Numbered from the whole stretch's first letter, positions 26,651 to 39,897 are shown. The stretch: 62,095 nt of DNA, filler included, from Choristocarpus tenellus KU-1152 (GCA_964200185.2; 11 parts of 11 records of this genome joined end to end with filler, not necessarily neighbours in it); one strand, 5' to 3'. Notes: generated from the letters alone by a model not told the origin. Numbers and translations: made by a program.

Positions 26651-27926
26651 GTGAGACAAGTTGGAATTCGGAGGGCATCACTCTGTGATACTTGCTTGTG
26701 TGTGTCTGTGTGTCTGTATCTGTGTATCTGTGTATCTGCGTGTGTGTGGTGTACCTGAACTGTCTGTGCTCCTTTGAGTGAGTGAGGTTAGCGTGAGTGT
26801 GTAGTCCCCCTGCTCCAGTATCCAAACCTCCTTGGTGTTGTTGTTGAGGTACATCGTTTTTGCTTTGCATTCTTATCCCTAACCCTTATCCTAATATCGA
26901 ACAATACCCTGTATTACATTTTGTACCGCAGTGGTAGCACAGCAGTACCACCACCGCCATAGCCTTGTTTCCCAGTACAAGTACTCCAGTGCTTTGAGGT
27001 ACTGTGAACCGCTAAATACTACACCTTGTACCAGACAGCCAATGTGGTACCGGGTGTGGTACTTGGAACTTCCATTGTGATATCAAGAACGGTAATGGAG
27101 GATCAATCATCTTCCATCTGGGGTCGGCTTGCACAAGCCCCTGACCCCAAGATGTCCGAGCACCTCGTAGACAAACACCTCCTGCTCCTGGGCTCCCCTC
27201 TTGTGGGGGGTTACGGAGTGTGTTGAGGGCCGGGAATATTTGAGACCCGTCAACAACGCCTTGGAGGATAGGGGGAAACCCTGCATTTTTTTTTTCTTTC
27301 TCCCCTGTGGCAACGGGAAATGCCTCGGACACTTACTCGCACGTGCTGTCTGTGATAGAGTCAGGTCTTTCAGGATTGCTTCATACTTCGTCGAGTTGTT
27401 GTGTTTGTGGTAACATTGAGGTTGGAACTTGAAGCAGCAACGTGGTACTTTAGAAAACAGTACGCAATGGCGTGTATGCACGCATGCCTGTATGCATGCC
27501 AACTGATTCTCTCCTTTTTTTTTTTTTACACTTATTTGAGATTGCCTGTTAAGGGCCAACCTTGGTTGAAGAAGTACTCCACAGTAAGCTTTTGTGGTCT
27601 GTCATCCAGGTCTACGATTTGGTTAATCAATTCGCAGTCACTCTCAATGTTCGATGTTCTAGTTTTCTGGGACTTTTGAAGGGACTGGGGGATGTCTGTC
27701 TTGCTCTCTGGACGTGTTCGGTTTGAATAATTAAGTAGTTGTCTAGCCTATGTTTGTAGGAGATCTCTAATCACGTACTGCACACCATTGCCGTTTTGGG
27801 TGTACAGCCAATACAGCCCCCCTCCCNNNNNNNNNNNNNNNNNNNNNNNNNNNNNNNNNNNNNNNNNNNNTTAATTAATTAANNNNNNNNNNNNNNNNNN
27901 NNNNNNNNNNNNNNNNNNNNNNNNNN

Positions 27927-29620
27927 ACCGGTGCAAAGACCCTGGTCGCGGAATCCCTGTCGTCCACTGCGCATGTTGTGGTAGTACTGAACTCCACTGG
28001 TCCTGTCTCGCCGGCCCATCCCCCCGGGGATGGGCCCGCACCCTCAGGGGTCCTTCTTGGTAGACTCTGACTTGGCCTTGTCTCCCTTCCCCGCTTCTCC
28101 CTCCCCCTCTAAGAAATGATCGAGCTTGCAGAAACCATGCTTTTTAAGGAATTTACAATCATTTCCCGCCTGAAAAGTGTAACACGGGTTATATGGCGCC
28201 ATGTCGACGTTCTGACCCTCGACGTGCCCAGTTCTGGTCTCAAAATACCACTTGATGCTCCGTCCTTAGTCCTGTCATCTGGTCGTGGAGATTTGGACGA
28301 CCTCTGTTCCCCCCACATCCTTGCCCTTTTCATCGACCTTGGCCTCGACTCTGTGCTATAGAGCGTGGGTAGCATGTTCCTTGCCTGGCTCAGCATGACT
28401 TCCATACTCGTAAACGTGGGTGTTAGGGGTGGTGGGATCCATGTCTCGGGGGGTAGTGAGGCGTGAATTTATTGCCAACAATGTCTGCTGCTGTCGCAAT
28501 TTCTTTCGCCCACACTTCTAGATCCTCCTCCACTGCTCGATATACCAAATCTACTACAATCCTTAGATGTTCAAGTAGAGTGGGTTTGTTGACCCCATAA
28601 AACGTCCGTACCTTGTATCTTGCTTCTTCTTGTTCCCCCACCACTTTTTTTCCGTTCTCCTCCTTCCCGGGGTCCAGCCCTCTCCGTACTTGCATATTTA
28701 TCTTACTGCTACCACGAAGCAATCGGAGTTATCAGGTAGTTCATAGTCTCCTTTACTCGTCCTCCTCCCCAACTCTCCTTTGGGTATAAACTCCGTTATG
28801 TTGAAGTTATTCATATTCTCCAGTTACTCCGCCACTGCCTCAGAAATATCAGCTTTATCGTCGACTATCCATTATAGTTCGTTCCTTGTAGCCTTGGCGT
28901 CGCCTGCCTGAATGAAAAGGGGGACATACCCAAAGAAAACGAAATATTTCCTCACGTTGACCTTTTTCCATATTAGGATCAGTGACTTCTCTTTCATTTT
29001 TTCGGCTATAGCCGACCACGTTTTTGGTTCCTCCTCATTCCTTGATCTCCCCTCTCCTCTCCAGCCACTGTTTCCTTCATAGCGGCTTGAAATGTTTGCC
29101 TGGTGTAGCCCTCGCAGGATATCCATCATGCTGTCCATCCTCACCGTCAGATTGGCTACTTCTGTTGACAGCGACTGGAGCTTATTAGACTCGCTCGGTT
29201 CTTCCTTGATTTCTTCTCTTTTCCCTTCTCCTTCTTCCATCATCTCGTTCACACCCTCGACGCTTATCTCCAGGTTTCCCCTAGCCCTCTCAATCTCCTC
29301 TCGCATCCTCTGCGCTGAAACCTCTCCTCTCCTTTCCTCTTCTCTTTGATCCTTTAGTTCCCCCCATCCCTCGGGTGTCTTTCTTTCTGTCCCTCCCTTC
29401 TCTTTGTCTGTCTTCCCTCTGAATCCCTCCCAAGATGAATTGTTTTCTTCCGTCCCTCCCTCCCCTCTCTGTACCATGCTCCCTCACGTTGATCTGGTTT
29501 CTCTTTCTCTCTGTTTCTATCTCCCCTGCTGAGCCTCCGTAGTCTATACCACTTACTTAGAAAGCTTACTCGAAAGCTTGCTCGTGGGTCCTCTTGATCT
29601 AGCACCCCTCTCCTTGTCAC
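27927..29620 (-). pseudogene. Retroelement gag/ORF1-like disrupted reading frame
   Basis: A run of same-strand ORF pieces (28872-29477 coiled-coil E/R-rich, 28423-28722, 28109-28405) with no intron signals. No diagnostic domain was recognised. Confidence 0.3.
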
Positions 29621-30891
29621 CCAGCCTCAGATTTCCTCTTCGATTCAATACTGTCCATCCCTTTCTCCTCATGCCTCTGCCTGCCACTCGTTTCTTAACC
29701 TACCACTCACTCCTTAACTCTTCGTTCCTTCCTTGTTAATTCTTATTTCTTTCCTGTCCCCCTCCTTGCCCCGTACCCCCAACCAACCAGAATTCTTCCG
29801 CCCACAAAACTCAGATTACTTCATAAACTTTCCCTTTTGGGGGCATGTCAAAAAAGAGCGGCACAAAATTGAATATTTTGAATTTTTGTTTACAATATTT
29901 GCCTAAAATGGGGTAACCTACTGTACTTCGCGGGAAGAGAAAATAGCGTAAAACATATCCAGATGTGTCTAGTGAAGACATCATTAAACAATCCGAAAAG
30001 ACTACAAATGTAGCACGGTGCTAAGAGTCGAATTCCTCCATTGGGGGAATAAGTAGGAATCGAAGATCTTGGAAATGTTGTTGATAGTCTTGTTCAAAAT
30101 CGTCAGCTAGTTGATGTTGTGGGTGAAGGTTATTGCCAGCGATGTCCATGGTGTCTTGGCCTACGAAGTGCTGCTCTGCAGTTGCAAGTGGTGATGTCCA
30201 TGGCGTCTTCATACACGAACGGACTGGGTGTTGATGTTGTAAGTAGCTATGTCCTGACGGTGTGCGTACTCGAACGAATGAAACAAAGCTTCCCTGATGG
30301 TGTGTCCGTACAGATTAGCAACGCTGCTGCGTTGCAAGAGTGGGAGATAGGGTGATGGATGGGCGTGATTCCTGGTACAGGGGGGATTATGGGGGAAAGT
30401 GGTGGGTTGGGAGCCATTTGGACATGAAGGTGGCCATGGGGAAGTTGGATTGGGTGGGGTCCTGGGCAGGTGCTGCGACCTGTTGTGGGAGGAACAGGAG
30501 AACCCGAGGATTACTGGGAGTACCATCGACCTTATTAGAGGGGGGGAGAACGAAAGCGAATCTCCTGCGGCTACTGAGGCAAATGTGGTGGGGCCTGATT
30601 CAGGAGGTCACACTTCCAGTCCTGCCAGCGCCACCCCAGAAAGGCCCAGCAACGAACTACCCTCTCCTGGATCAGGGGGGAGAGACCTTTGCCCCAAGTT
30701 TCCCCTATTCCCCCCCCTCCAAAACAAATGCCAAATGGTTGGGTCCCCCCATATCTTCTCGTATTTGCAGTGCATGGACCCCCGTCCAACGATGTGCTCC
30801 AAGCCTTTGACATGAGAGTAAGTGAGGGATCCATGCACTGCAGAGATGGGGGGTCGGTGGAGTCCTCTTCAAGGGAGGGTGTGGAGGCAAT

Positions 30892-31154
30892 GAGTCAAAG
30901 TATCTTAGAGGGTAGAGCCGCGTCCGTTTGGGGGTCAAAATCCTACGTTGCGATTATGATGTAATTTTGGCTATTGTGTTTGTTTAGGAAGTGTAAAAAC
31001 CACTGTTCCGAACACTCCTTTTTTCATAATGTATTAATTTTACCTACTCAAAAATGTTTCGGATTAGGAATTTGTGACAAAAAAAACTCGTCGGAAGCCA
31101 AGCCCCAAAGGGACAAAAATGGAAGAAATGGTACCCTCTAAGATACTTTCACTG
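30892..31154. mobile_element. MITE family A
   Basis: TIRs GAGTCAAAGTATCTTAGAGGGTA / TACCCTCTAAGATACTTTCACTG, flanked by AAT/AAT. Confidence 0.87.
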
Positions 31155-31252
31155 AATGTGGAGGTTCGGGCTAGCAGCAAACCCAGGATCGAGGATTCGA
31201 TAGCAGTTACGGGGAGCTGCTGTGAGGAGGACTTGAAGTTGGAAGCAGAGTC

Positions 31253-31506
31253 TGTCGAATAACCTAGTGTTATCCTTACGTTGTTTGTGCTGACACAAGT
31301 ATACAACATAGGCTATACGTACGTTTATATTTGGTTAGGTATGATACAGAATACGTACGTATATAAAATATAATAAGTCAACATTAATCCACAGGTCAGT
31401 GATGATGGATGGTTGACAGGCAATTAATAATTCAGTGTGTGCTTTACCATGTAATTCAACTGCTAGCTTCCGGCGACGAGCCTCATGTGCGCCAAGCTTC
31501 TCAACA
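31253..31506 (+). mobile_element. Putative 5' LTR of a Ty1/Copia element (254 bp)
   Basis: TG...CA ends with an imperfect inverted repeat (TGTCGA / TCAACA), an internal TATATAAAA, and a position just upstream of Copia gag. Confidence 0.6.
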
Positions 31507-31584
31507 CGCTTAAGCGCTTAATCCAAACTCTGGTCAGGGGAGGCGCAGCCAGACTGGTTTGTTTTGAATTGGCATAGCACCACC

Positions 31585-32422
31585 ATGGCTTCTAATGGGA
31601 CCAACACCAAACGCCTCCAGCTCTCGGACGACAATTATGCGGACTGGTTCCCTACAACGCGCGCATTTTTGGGGGCTAAGGGGGACATTGATGAGGCACT
31701 GGAGTATAGGAGGATACCCATCAGAGTAGGTGACATCGAATTCATTAAGGGTGAAGATGTCAGTGAAGACGAAGTCACCAAGGCCAAGAAGGCATATGAC
31801 GTCCTGCTGAGGAGCACCAGCGGAATTTACCGAGCGGAATTCAACAAGCCGCTCGTTCGCGTTATTTCTCACTCAGACGAGAAATAGGAGACCGCGGAGA
31901 GCCTGGGAGCGCTCTAGCCGCGAGGAATAGAAGAAGGGCTAGCCTAGGTGGCAGCTGAAGTACGACTGATCAACGTACATAGCCTGGGATGAAAGGATCT
32001 CATCCCAGAAGACAGGGAAAGCACGCAGATTCCTACGAATATGAAGGACTGTGCTACAGCTGCGGGAGCAAAGGACACCGGCAAGCTGAGTGCCCCTATG
32101 GGAGGGCAGGACCGCCAAAGTTGGTGGGGAATATGTATCGCCAGAGGGGGACTCTGCAGGACGTGGCGGGAATACTAGCTGAACCAGATGAACCAGCTAG
32201 GCCAAGGAGAAAGTTCGAGATGGGATCAGGAGGACCCGCTAGAACAGGGAGAAAATTTAAGACCATGTTAGTCGCGATGACTAACAAAGGAGAGGTGAGT
32301 TTGAATGCTCTCGAAACTTGGTGTTTCGATTCGGGTGCCTCTAATAGTGTAACAAATGACTCGACTAACATGTATAGATTCACCACATGTCCGCCAGGCC
32401 AAAAAATTATTGTAGCTGACGG
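31585..32422 (+). pseudogene. Ty1/Copia gag-protease pseudogene
   Basis: LSDDNYADW gag N-terminus, CCHC knuckle CYSCGSKGHRQAEC, and protease WCFDSGAS...IIVADG. It has internal stops and is truncated by the linker. Confidence 0.88.
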
Positions 32423-33550
32423 NNNNNNNNNNNNNNNNNNNNNNNNNNNNNNNNNNNNNNNNNNNNTTAATTAATTAANNNNNNNNNNNNNNNNNNNNNN
32501 NNNNNNNNNNNNNNNNNNNNNNAGTATCATCTATAGGCCCGTAGATTGGAGCTATACATCCTGTGGAGGTAAGCTTCTGGGGCGCGCTGTATCATGGAGG
32601 TCCTACCGCCTCTCTTCAAACTGGAGAAGGTACTCAGTATTCACCCCAACACTTAGGATTCTTGGTAGCTCCCTTCAATAGCCGGGATTTTTTTTTCACC
32701 TGGTTCGGTGGTCTCCTTGGATGGTTCTGGATCACCTTCGTCATCTACGGGACTTCTTTCTACTTGGCCTCGTTGTGTCCTTCAGTGTGATGACATCTGT
32801 GGCTCCGAGGAAGCCATCACCTATAGTTGTACAACGAGTGATCTCTGACGGCCACAACATCCACCTATATTCGTAAACGAGTGGTTTCTGGCCGCCATGG
32901 TATAGACGTTGCCTGGGTAGTTCTTCCTCGCCATTCGTACATTCACATTTCCAATCTGTTTTTTGTGTGAAACGGTGTTCTATACTTCACAGGTTCCGCT
33001 GGGAATCAGTAATTCGGAGCGATTCCAGCCCAGGGCCAAACTTTGCGAGAATTCCGATAGCAGTCGTGACGGCTCAACGAGTTATGTATCGCATCCACGC
33101 ATCAATAACTTACTTTCCACATTCTCAAAAGAAACGAGGAGATCTGTCGACCATTGTTGGAATCCACGGGTTTAGTTGGAACTGGAGTCCCTAGGTTGAA
33201 AAAAAACCTGGCAGAGTCGGAACTGGAGCCCCTATATTGGAAACAACTGACAGAGTTGGAACTGGAGCCCATATGTCGCCATGCAGCAATTAATACATGC
33301 TGCCGCAGCACGGTTCAAGGTGGTAGATGATACTTATTTTCCTGACCTATGATAATCGCCAGTGTTAAGTGTGAAGCATGTATTCCTAGTTCTCGCTGGG
33401 GGGCATCTTACATGCGAATAGCATGTCTGCCTTTTCGCATTCCAACCAGTGTGAGTAGCCTTGTTATGACATTTACTATTTTATGTGGGTTTTAGACATT
33501 TTTGTTTATATTTGAAACATGATTCTTGTCTTCTATTGTTTTGTGTTCAT

Positions 33551-34220
33551 AGTTCTAAAGGGGGAAGCGTTTATGGCAGTACCCTATTTCAGTGCTATTG
33601 TGATTTTGCATCCATATTCATTTGCGTCGATATTTGTGAGGGTGGAGAATCTTAGTATGACACTCCCTATTTTTCTGAGTCTTTTTTTGTTTATATGTTC
33701 TTTGTTTGTAGGTAGGGCAAGCCTTTATTTGGCAGCACCTCATTTTTGTTTGTGACTGCGAGACATTATCTTGGTGTCCCATAGTTTTTGTTTATAGTTG
33801 TGAAGGGGGACAGTCTACGGCAGTACCCTATTTCAGTGCTATTCTATTTTTGTGCCTGTATTCACTTGTTGATATTTGCGAAGAGGGAGAGACTTGCTGA
33901 GATACTCCCTATTTTTATTTTTTGTGTATGTTCATAGTTCCTAGCAAGGGCAAGCCTCTCATGGTCTTAGTGTCCTGTCGTTGCTGCGTTTTAGTTCTGA
34001 AGGGGGAGAGTCTATGGCAATACCCTATTTCAGTGCTATTGTGATTTTGCATCCATATTCATTTGCGTCGATATTTGTGAGGGTGGAGAANNNNNNNNNN
34101 AGTTCTGAAGGGGGAGAGTCTATGGCAATACCCAAGTCCAGTGCTGCTATTGTTCTTGTGTCTGTACTTGTGTTTGTTTAGCTTGGAAAGGGTGGAGTCT
34201 TTTCAGACAGTACCCTACTT
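33551..34220. repeat. Complex tandem repeat (about 200-245 bp units) spanning a 10-N gap
   Basis: Units starting agttctgaagggggagagtctatggca.taccctatttcagtgctatt occur at 33551, 33796, 33993 and 34101. Confidence 0.8.
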
Positions 34221-34259
34221 TTGACGTGTGTATGAGACTCTGGTGTAGGAGTTTTTCTT

Positions 34260-35400
34260 TTGAACGTTAAGTCAAATGCAGAGTGAGTGCCGTGTCCAAT
34301 TCCCAATAGGCTACACCACTTGTCGAGCAACAACCTTGAGAAGCACTTTGCCAATGTTTTCTAGCAGTGAGATGGCTCTGTAGCTACCACATCGGCCCAA
34401 TTGTAGAGCACCGTGATGACCGCATCTTTCCAAACCTACGGTACATCTTCGTGGTCCTACGTAGTCAATGCAATCTTTTGCAAGTCAGACCACCCAAAGT
34501 ATCAGCAGTCTCATTTTTTTTTTGGAGGTACAGTGTCTGGTCCTCTCAACCTTGAGCCCTTTCGGGTGTTGATGGAAACCGACTTGATTCCACAGTGAAT
34601 GCGGTCTTCCATCTTGTGGTGTCGTCGTCAAGGTAAGTACGTATGAAACCCTGTCCCCTTGGGTATACTGAAAAACGTGTCGACAAGAGCAAGTCTGTTT
34701 GTCTCTGAAACCATCAACCTATGTCCATCATGCTGTTCAAGACATCACAAACAAATTATCTTAGAGTGTGCAGCACCATGGTGTTCATTTAGCGCCCTTG
34801 ACCATCTGTGAGGCTTCTTGCGTTGGGGTTCATACCCCACAGCGATTGAAATATCTTCTGGAAGTACTAGACATCACGAACGGCCTAGTTGGCTCCTTTA
34901 CTGCCAGTCTAACTCCGTGGGTACCTCTCTTTCGTGTTCACCTTTAACTGCAATCACAACGTAATTTGTCTCCGTAAGTTCAACGCCAGACTTTCTACCT
35001 TGCCTTTTCTCTTCGAGCCCAGTCAAATCGCGTCTGTCCACAATCTAAAGCCTGTCTCATTAAACATCGTTGTTGACTTTGGGAAACATCATCAAATTAT
35101 CAGAAATGTAAGTAGTAGAAGTTTGATGTGGCAAAATGATACAACCCTCCCCTGCCACTCACAATACCCCATTAGTAACTATCAAAATACGCCCTTTATC
35201 AGACTCCTGTCAGTCCCTGGATGTTGTCTTGTCAACTTGAAGCTTTGAGGACCAGCTCCTGTAGAGCACAAACTGGGTCCATCACACATCTACTGCATGG
35301 TGAGAAAAACACCACATATTATCGACTTCATGCTGGGGCCCAGCTGGTTACAGCATTTCACCAAGGTCTGAAGATGAGGTGATGGATCCAACTCCGCTTG
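34260..35400 (-). pseudogene. RTE-clade LINE remnant
   Basis: Minus-strand DVP*VWKDAVITVLY (about 34400-34450) matches RTE VPQxWKDAxIxVL. The rest is highly decayed and the boundaries are approximate. Confidence 0.5.
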
Positions 35401-35447
35401 CTTGAACTTCATTTCTAAGCTCAAATCGTCCAGATTTCATCGTCGTG

Positions 35448-35519
35448 GCTCCTATAGCTCAGTGGTAGAGCGTCAGCTTAGTAAGCTGCAGGTCCTGAGT
35501 TCGACTCTCAGTGGGAGCT
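35448..35519 (+). tRNA. tRNA-Thr (anticodon AGT)
   Basis: Cloverleaf: acceptor stem GCTCCTA/TGGGAGC, D arm GCTC-AGTGGTA-GAGC, anticodon loop TT-AGT-AA, T arm CTGAG-TTCGACT-CTCAG. It has the C2:G71 Thr identity pair, no intron and a single T27:C43 mismatch. Confidence 0.93.
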
Positions 35520-36114
35520 AGAAGTGAAGAGATCCTAATATATACACTGTATAAGTATACACACGAATTATTCTCGTCGTAGTACTAACTACTGACTAAA
35601 TGGTTACACTTGGACAAAGGTATTGGGTCTATTACTGCCTTCTTTCTCACGCATTGGGTTCATCCAGACAGGATAGATAGCCCAGGTGTACTACAATATA
35701 TCGAGCTTTTCACGTGGAATAGCATAAAAGAAACAATATTTTCGTGAAGTTTGGAGGCTAACAAGTTCGAACCTGGTAAATTTATACAGGTAGCTGCTGC
35801 TTTAATAGCTGACCTACCAGAACGCCTTTTGCATGTTCTACCAAATGTATATGTTGGTGGATGTTCTTTCCATGTATTTCGCTGGTTCGAACTCTGTCAA
35901 TGCCACATCCTCATGCCTAGAGGTTAAGAGGGGTTGCAATAGCAGAGATGATGGGGAATCCACACAGTTCCGAGTTTCTATATAGATATTGACCATTTAT
36001 TAGGACTTGTTTGAGTTCGCACTTTGACCTCACAGATCAAATTCTCTTCTGTTTCTCTTCATCATGGACCATACAGATAGGTACTGTTGTAAATAAACAA
36101 TCATATAAGCACCT

Positions 36115-36830
36115 CATTGGACTGAGGGATTCCAGACCCATGATCTAAAAAGGTGGTTCAGAGAAGGCAATATGCACTGATTGAGAAGAGTTATCAAGGA
36201 TCATCAAAGAAAAATAAAGGGATGGAAGAAAAAAAATAAAGGAAAGAAAAAAATGTAAGGAAGAAATTGAACCCGCGCTGGAGAAAATAAACACAAAAGG
36301 AAAGAGGAGAAAGAAAATGGACAATTTATGGAAAAGAAACCAGTCTAAAATGAAAGCAGGATTTAGCAGACAGTGATGGCGGAGGTACACTCATACCATT
36401 CCTGAGTTAAACCAATTGAGAGGTGGGCAGGTTTGACCTCTTTTGCGTTCTAAACCGTCTTTCTTACCATATGCAATACACTCTATTTTCATTGCTTGAT
36501 GTGCACAAAGGTGTCCAAAAAAAACTTCCTCTTTCCGCACACATGGTGGTACGAAAATTATGTAAGGGCTCTTTCTGCTCTCGAACAAAATTGAGTCTTT
36601 TTGACCTTCTCGGGATCCTTAAATACAACCCTGCCTACCTCTCAATTGATTTGACTCCTCTGTTGGTTAGTGGCCATGGTACTCCAACCCTCACCCGCAA
36701 TCCTAAACTTGTCGAGGTCTTCTTGGGATCATGTCCATCAGTTCTCCTTTCCACCATTGTATCCGAAGTAGACAAACATACAACTACAAATGGGCAGCTT
36801 GGAAATATAAGGGACTGGATATCTGAACCA
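36115..36830 (-). mobile_element. RTE LINE 3' fragment
   Basis: Minus-strand EDLDKFRIAGEGW (RTE C-terminus), a pyrimidine-rich 3' UTR, and ttctcaa.cagtg..tatt.ccttc...tctggaatccctcagtc as at 21270-21340. Confidence 0.6.
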
Positions 36831-37989
36831 TAGTATCTTAGAGAGTGGCGAGGTAAGGTATGATTCCGTGATCAGCAATGTGGTACACCAATATTTAATG
36901 CAAATGGTTGTGTGAATGTACTTCCGTGTTGAACTTGACTTGAGTATTGAATGGGATGGTTGACTGTTGAATGTTTGATCGAGCGAGTTGAAATAATAGA
37001 AATAATGATAGTATCCATTTACCTCTGTACAGGTATAATATTCTTCTACCATATTAACGTTTTCATGTTGACCCATAGACTAGTCCATTGACGCTGAATA
37101 TTCACTTTCATTCTGGCAACAGTGTTTTTACCCCATCTTTTTCTCTTTTATGCCTTTGTTCTTGGAGAAATCGACGACACATAAAATTATGTGCAGATTA
37201 TATGCAAAATATATTCATACGCCACAATTGATCCACTTCTGGGAGGAGGAAGGGAGGGCTTTCCACTGATTTAACATTGCTAATTGAAGATCATATATTT
37301 AGAACTATTTCTTGTGGGGTTCATATTTTCTATTTTAACGTATTCCGTATCATACCGAAATGAAAAAAATAAACCACTCTTTAGATTCGAGGGAAGTTAT
37401 TCATTTTTTTAAATATCAGTTATTTAGTATCTTTGGGCAATTCTTCATTGCATAGTATTTCTTTCAATAGATCCATTCACCTCCCTTTTCGTTAAATTTA
37501 CACCAAGAAACCAAGGAGTTCCAGCTACAACCTGCCTAGTCAATATTAGATCGTATTATTCCAAACCAAATCCAATTAAAAAATACCAAAGCTTTTTCTT
37601 TGCTCAGTTCTAGTGATTTTTTCGTTTGCCTCTCTTCTGATGGAACACCTTCGTATTAGAGAGATCCCAATATCCAGATTAAACACGAAACTTGAAATAG
37701 CGTATATTGCATAGGTGTATAGGGGGAAACACAAGTTAGGGTTAGAGTGTAGTGTGATGTTGTAGGTTGAGACATTTACATTAGGACTAGGATATGACAC
37801 ATGTGTGGGGACTGCAGTTGGGAATGGATGATGGAATATATTTCTGTAGAAATCATGACTTGTGAACAACTGAGGTGGTGTGAACTGTAGGTATTGGTGA
37901 GCTAAGGGGCGTCAGGTAAGGTTTGCAACTTGTTTTTGGCGCTCCCATCATTCAGTGTTCTTCTCCCTATGGGCTGGTCATACTGCCTC

Positions 37990-39300
37990 TATTTCTCAAG
38001 GTACTCTGCGTAGGGTTAAAAGGGTATCTTTAGTAGGAAGTAGAAGCTCAAAGTGCGTGGCAGGTGAATTGCCGCACAGATTAACATGAGGATCCGTGTC
38101 GTTGCCTCCATTTTTGTAGAAGAGGTGTATAGTCCGATCAGGATATGCACCAAAGGGGAGCATATATAGAGCTAAACTCAACCCATGTAGGCTGTGGTCT
38201 AAGATGCAATATTGGGAGGGATTAGGGTGAGGAATCCACACAATTAGGGTGATATATAGCTCCTCTTCCTCGCACCAAGGACAGTCGTACCAATGTACTT
38301 TTCAGAGGAGAGTAGTCCCCTTTGAACAAGAATAAGGGAGGAAGTGAGATTGTTTTGAGGGCAAGATTTCTTCGAGGCGAGCAAAGGAAACCCTAGAACC
38401 CCAGCCTTAGATCAGTCTGATTAACTCGTTTCAACATTCCGTACGGAATGGACGTGCTGGGCGAGTTGTTGGAGTTCCTGAAGACCACGTACATGCAGCA
38501 CTGTGGTGTAGGCAACCACTTGGCGACATTCTATGACTTTGTTGTGGGTTTGTCGGTAATCCTGTTGAATGGTGGTTGGGGAGACAGGGACCACAATGAA
38601 GTAAACATAGTGGTAAATTAATGGCAATGAGAAAGTGGGAGACTCTTCGCATGATTTGACATCGATGAGACACTGCTAGTGTGATCGTAGTATAGTGATC
38701 AGAAAGGGAAACATCGTGCATGTGATTTTGGAACTCAATTGATGCGAGGATATGCTCACAAGAGCGAGACCAGGGTAATAAGAATTGGGAGATGAGAGAA
38801 GTACTATATGATTGGGGAATACGCATGGTAAGGTCATGGGGGATAGCATACCTGAGACTTGTTTAAATTCATTCAAGAGGGAATATCTACCACAATTATC
38901 ATTCCCGGAGCACAGCACCACGTAGAAGAAGGGGTGTGGCATATCGTTGCCCCTTAAAACCTGAGGGCAGATGGAGGAAGCCTCACACTCTCCCATCAAC
39001 ATGGAATGAATAAGATGTATGTCGCCTTGTCCACATTGCCCATCAAATACCCCAAGGTTATCGTCTGGATAGGTATTTCTACCCAGGAATCTTGTACCAC
39101 ATGCCGTGTACTGAGTACAACTCAATATTGAGGAATGATGTACAGGTCCCGATTTGTCCATACGACCTTGTTGGTCACCATCTACACATGATTTGTAGAT
39201 ATCACTCCCAATTTTATCAGCACGTACAAATGATCCGCCCCCATGTGTTGAGAGAAGATAATTGTGGATTGGTGATCTGTCCCTACATCATTGTTAAGAA
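37990..39300 (-). pseudogene. Possible L1/Tx1-like LINE remnant
   Basis: CPWCEEEE (zf-RVT-like, about 38260-38285) lies downstream of LRGNDMPHPFFYVVL (weakly QGDPLSP-like). Very degenerate. Confidence 0.25.
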
Positions 39301-39897
39301 TATGCTTTTTGTTCATATGCAAAATATGATTCTGTGGGAGAAACATTTAGTTGTTGAAGTATTGTTGGATAATGAAAATATTGTCCGCGGGTTATTATAA
39401 TATAGCCCGATAGTATCTCTTTGTTAGGTGACAACTAAAATATTGTGTGCGGGTTATTTTAGTACAACGGATTGAATGACGGGTTATTAGAGAATATGTG
39501 AATCGTAAGGTGATGACCCCCTTTGAGCTTGGAGGTTCACTCTCCTTTCTTACACCTTNNNNNNNNNNNNNNNNNNNNNNNNNNNNNNNNNNNNNNNNNN
39601 NNTTAATTAATTAANNNNNNNNNNNNNNNNNNNNNNNNNNNNNNNNNNNNNNNNNNNNCCCCCCACACACACACACCCTGCCTGTCCGATACGCTGATCT
39701 GCATTTATCTATTTTCTCGTGCAAGTTGTTGGACTTGCAATACATCGCAAGAGAAGAACAGGGAGAGGGAGAATAAGGCCATAACAGCCCAGGGCTAAAA
39801 TATAGAGGCTGTTCTGTGTGTGATCTTCTCACCCTTGCAGCCATCCCCTACATATAGGGAGTGAATATATTAAGGTAGAAAATCATCTCATCAACAG

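Noticed and set aside
27300-27690. RNase H-like motifs (HNNSTKYEAILKDL, NIESDCELINQI) on the minus strand
   Set aside because: The motifs are in the wrong order for one RNase H domain and too degenerate to call.
30399-30815. 138-aa ORF as a host gene
   Set aside because: It is low-complexity, has no domain or clear splice partners, and lies among transposon debris.
33551-34220. CRISPR array
   Set aside because: The units are long and degenerate, the spacers are related to each other, the context is eukaryotic, and there are no cas genes.
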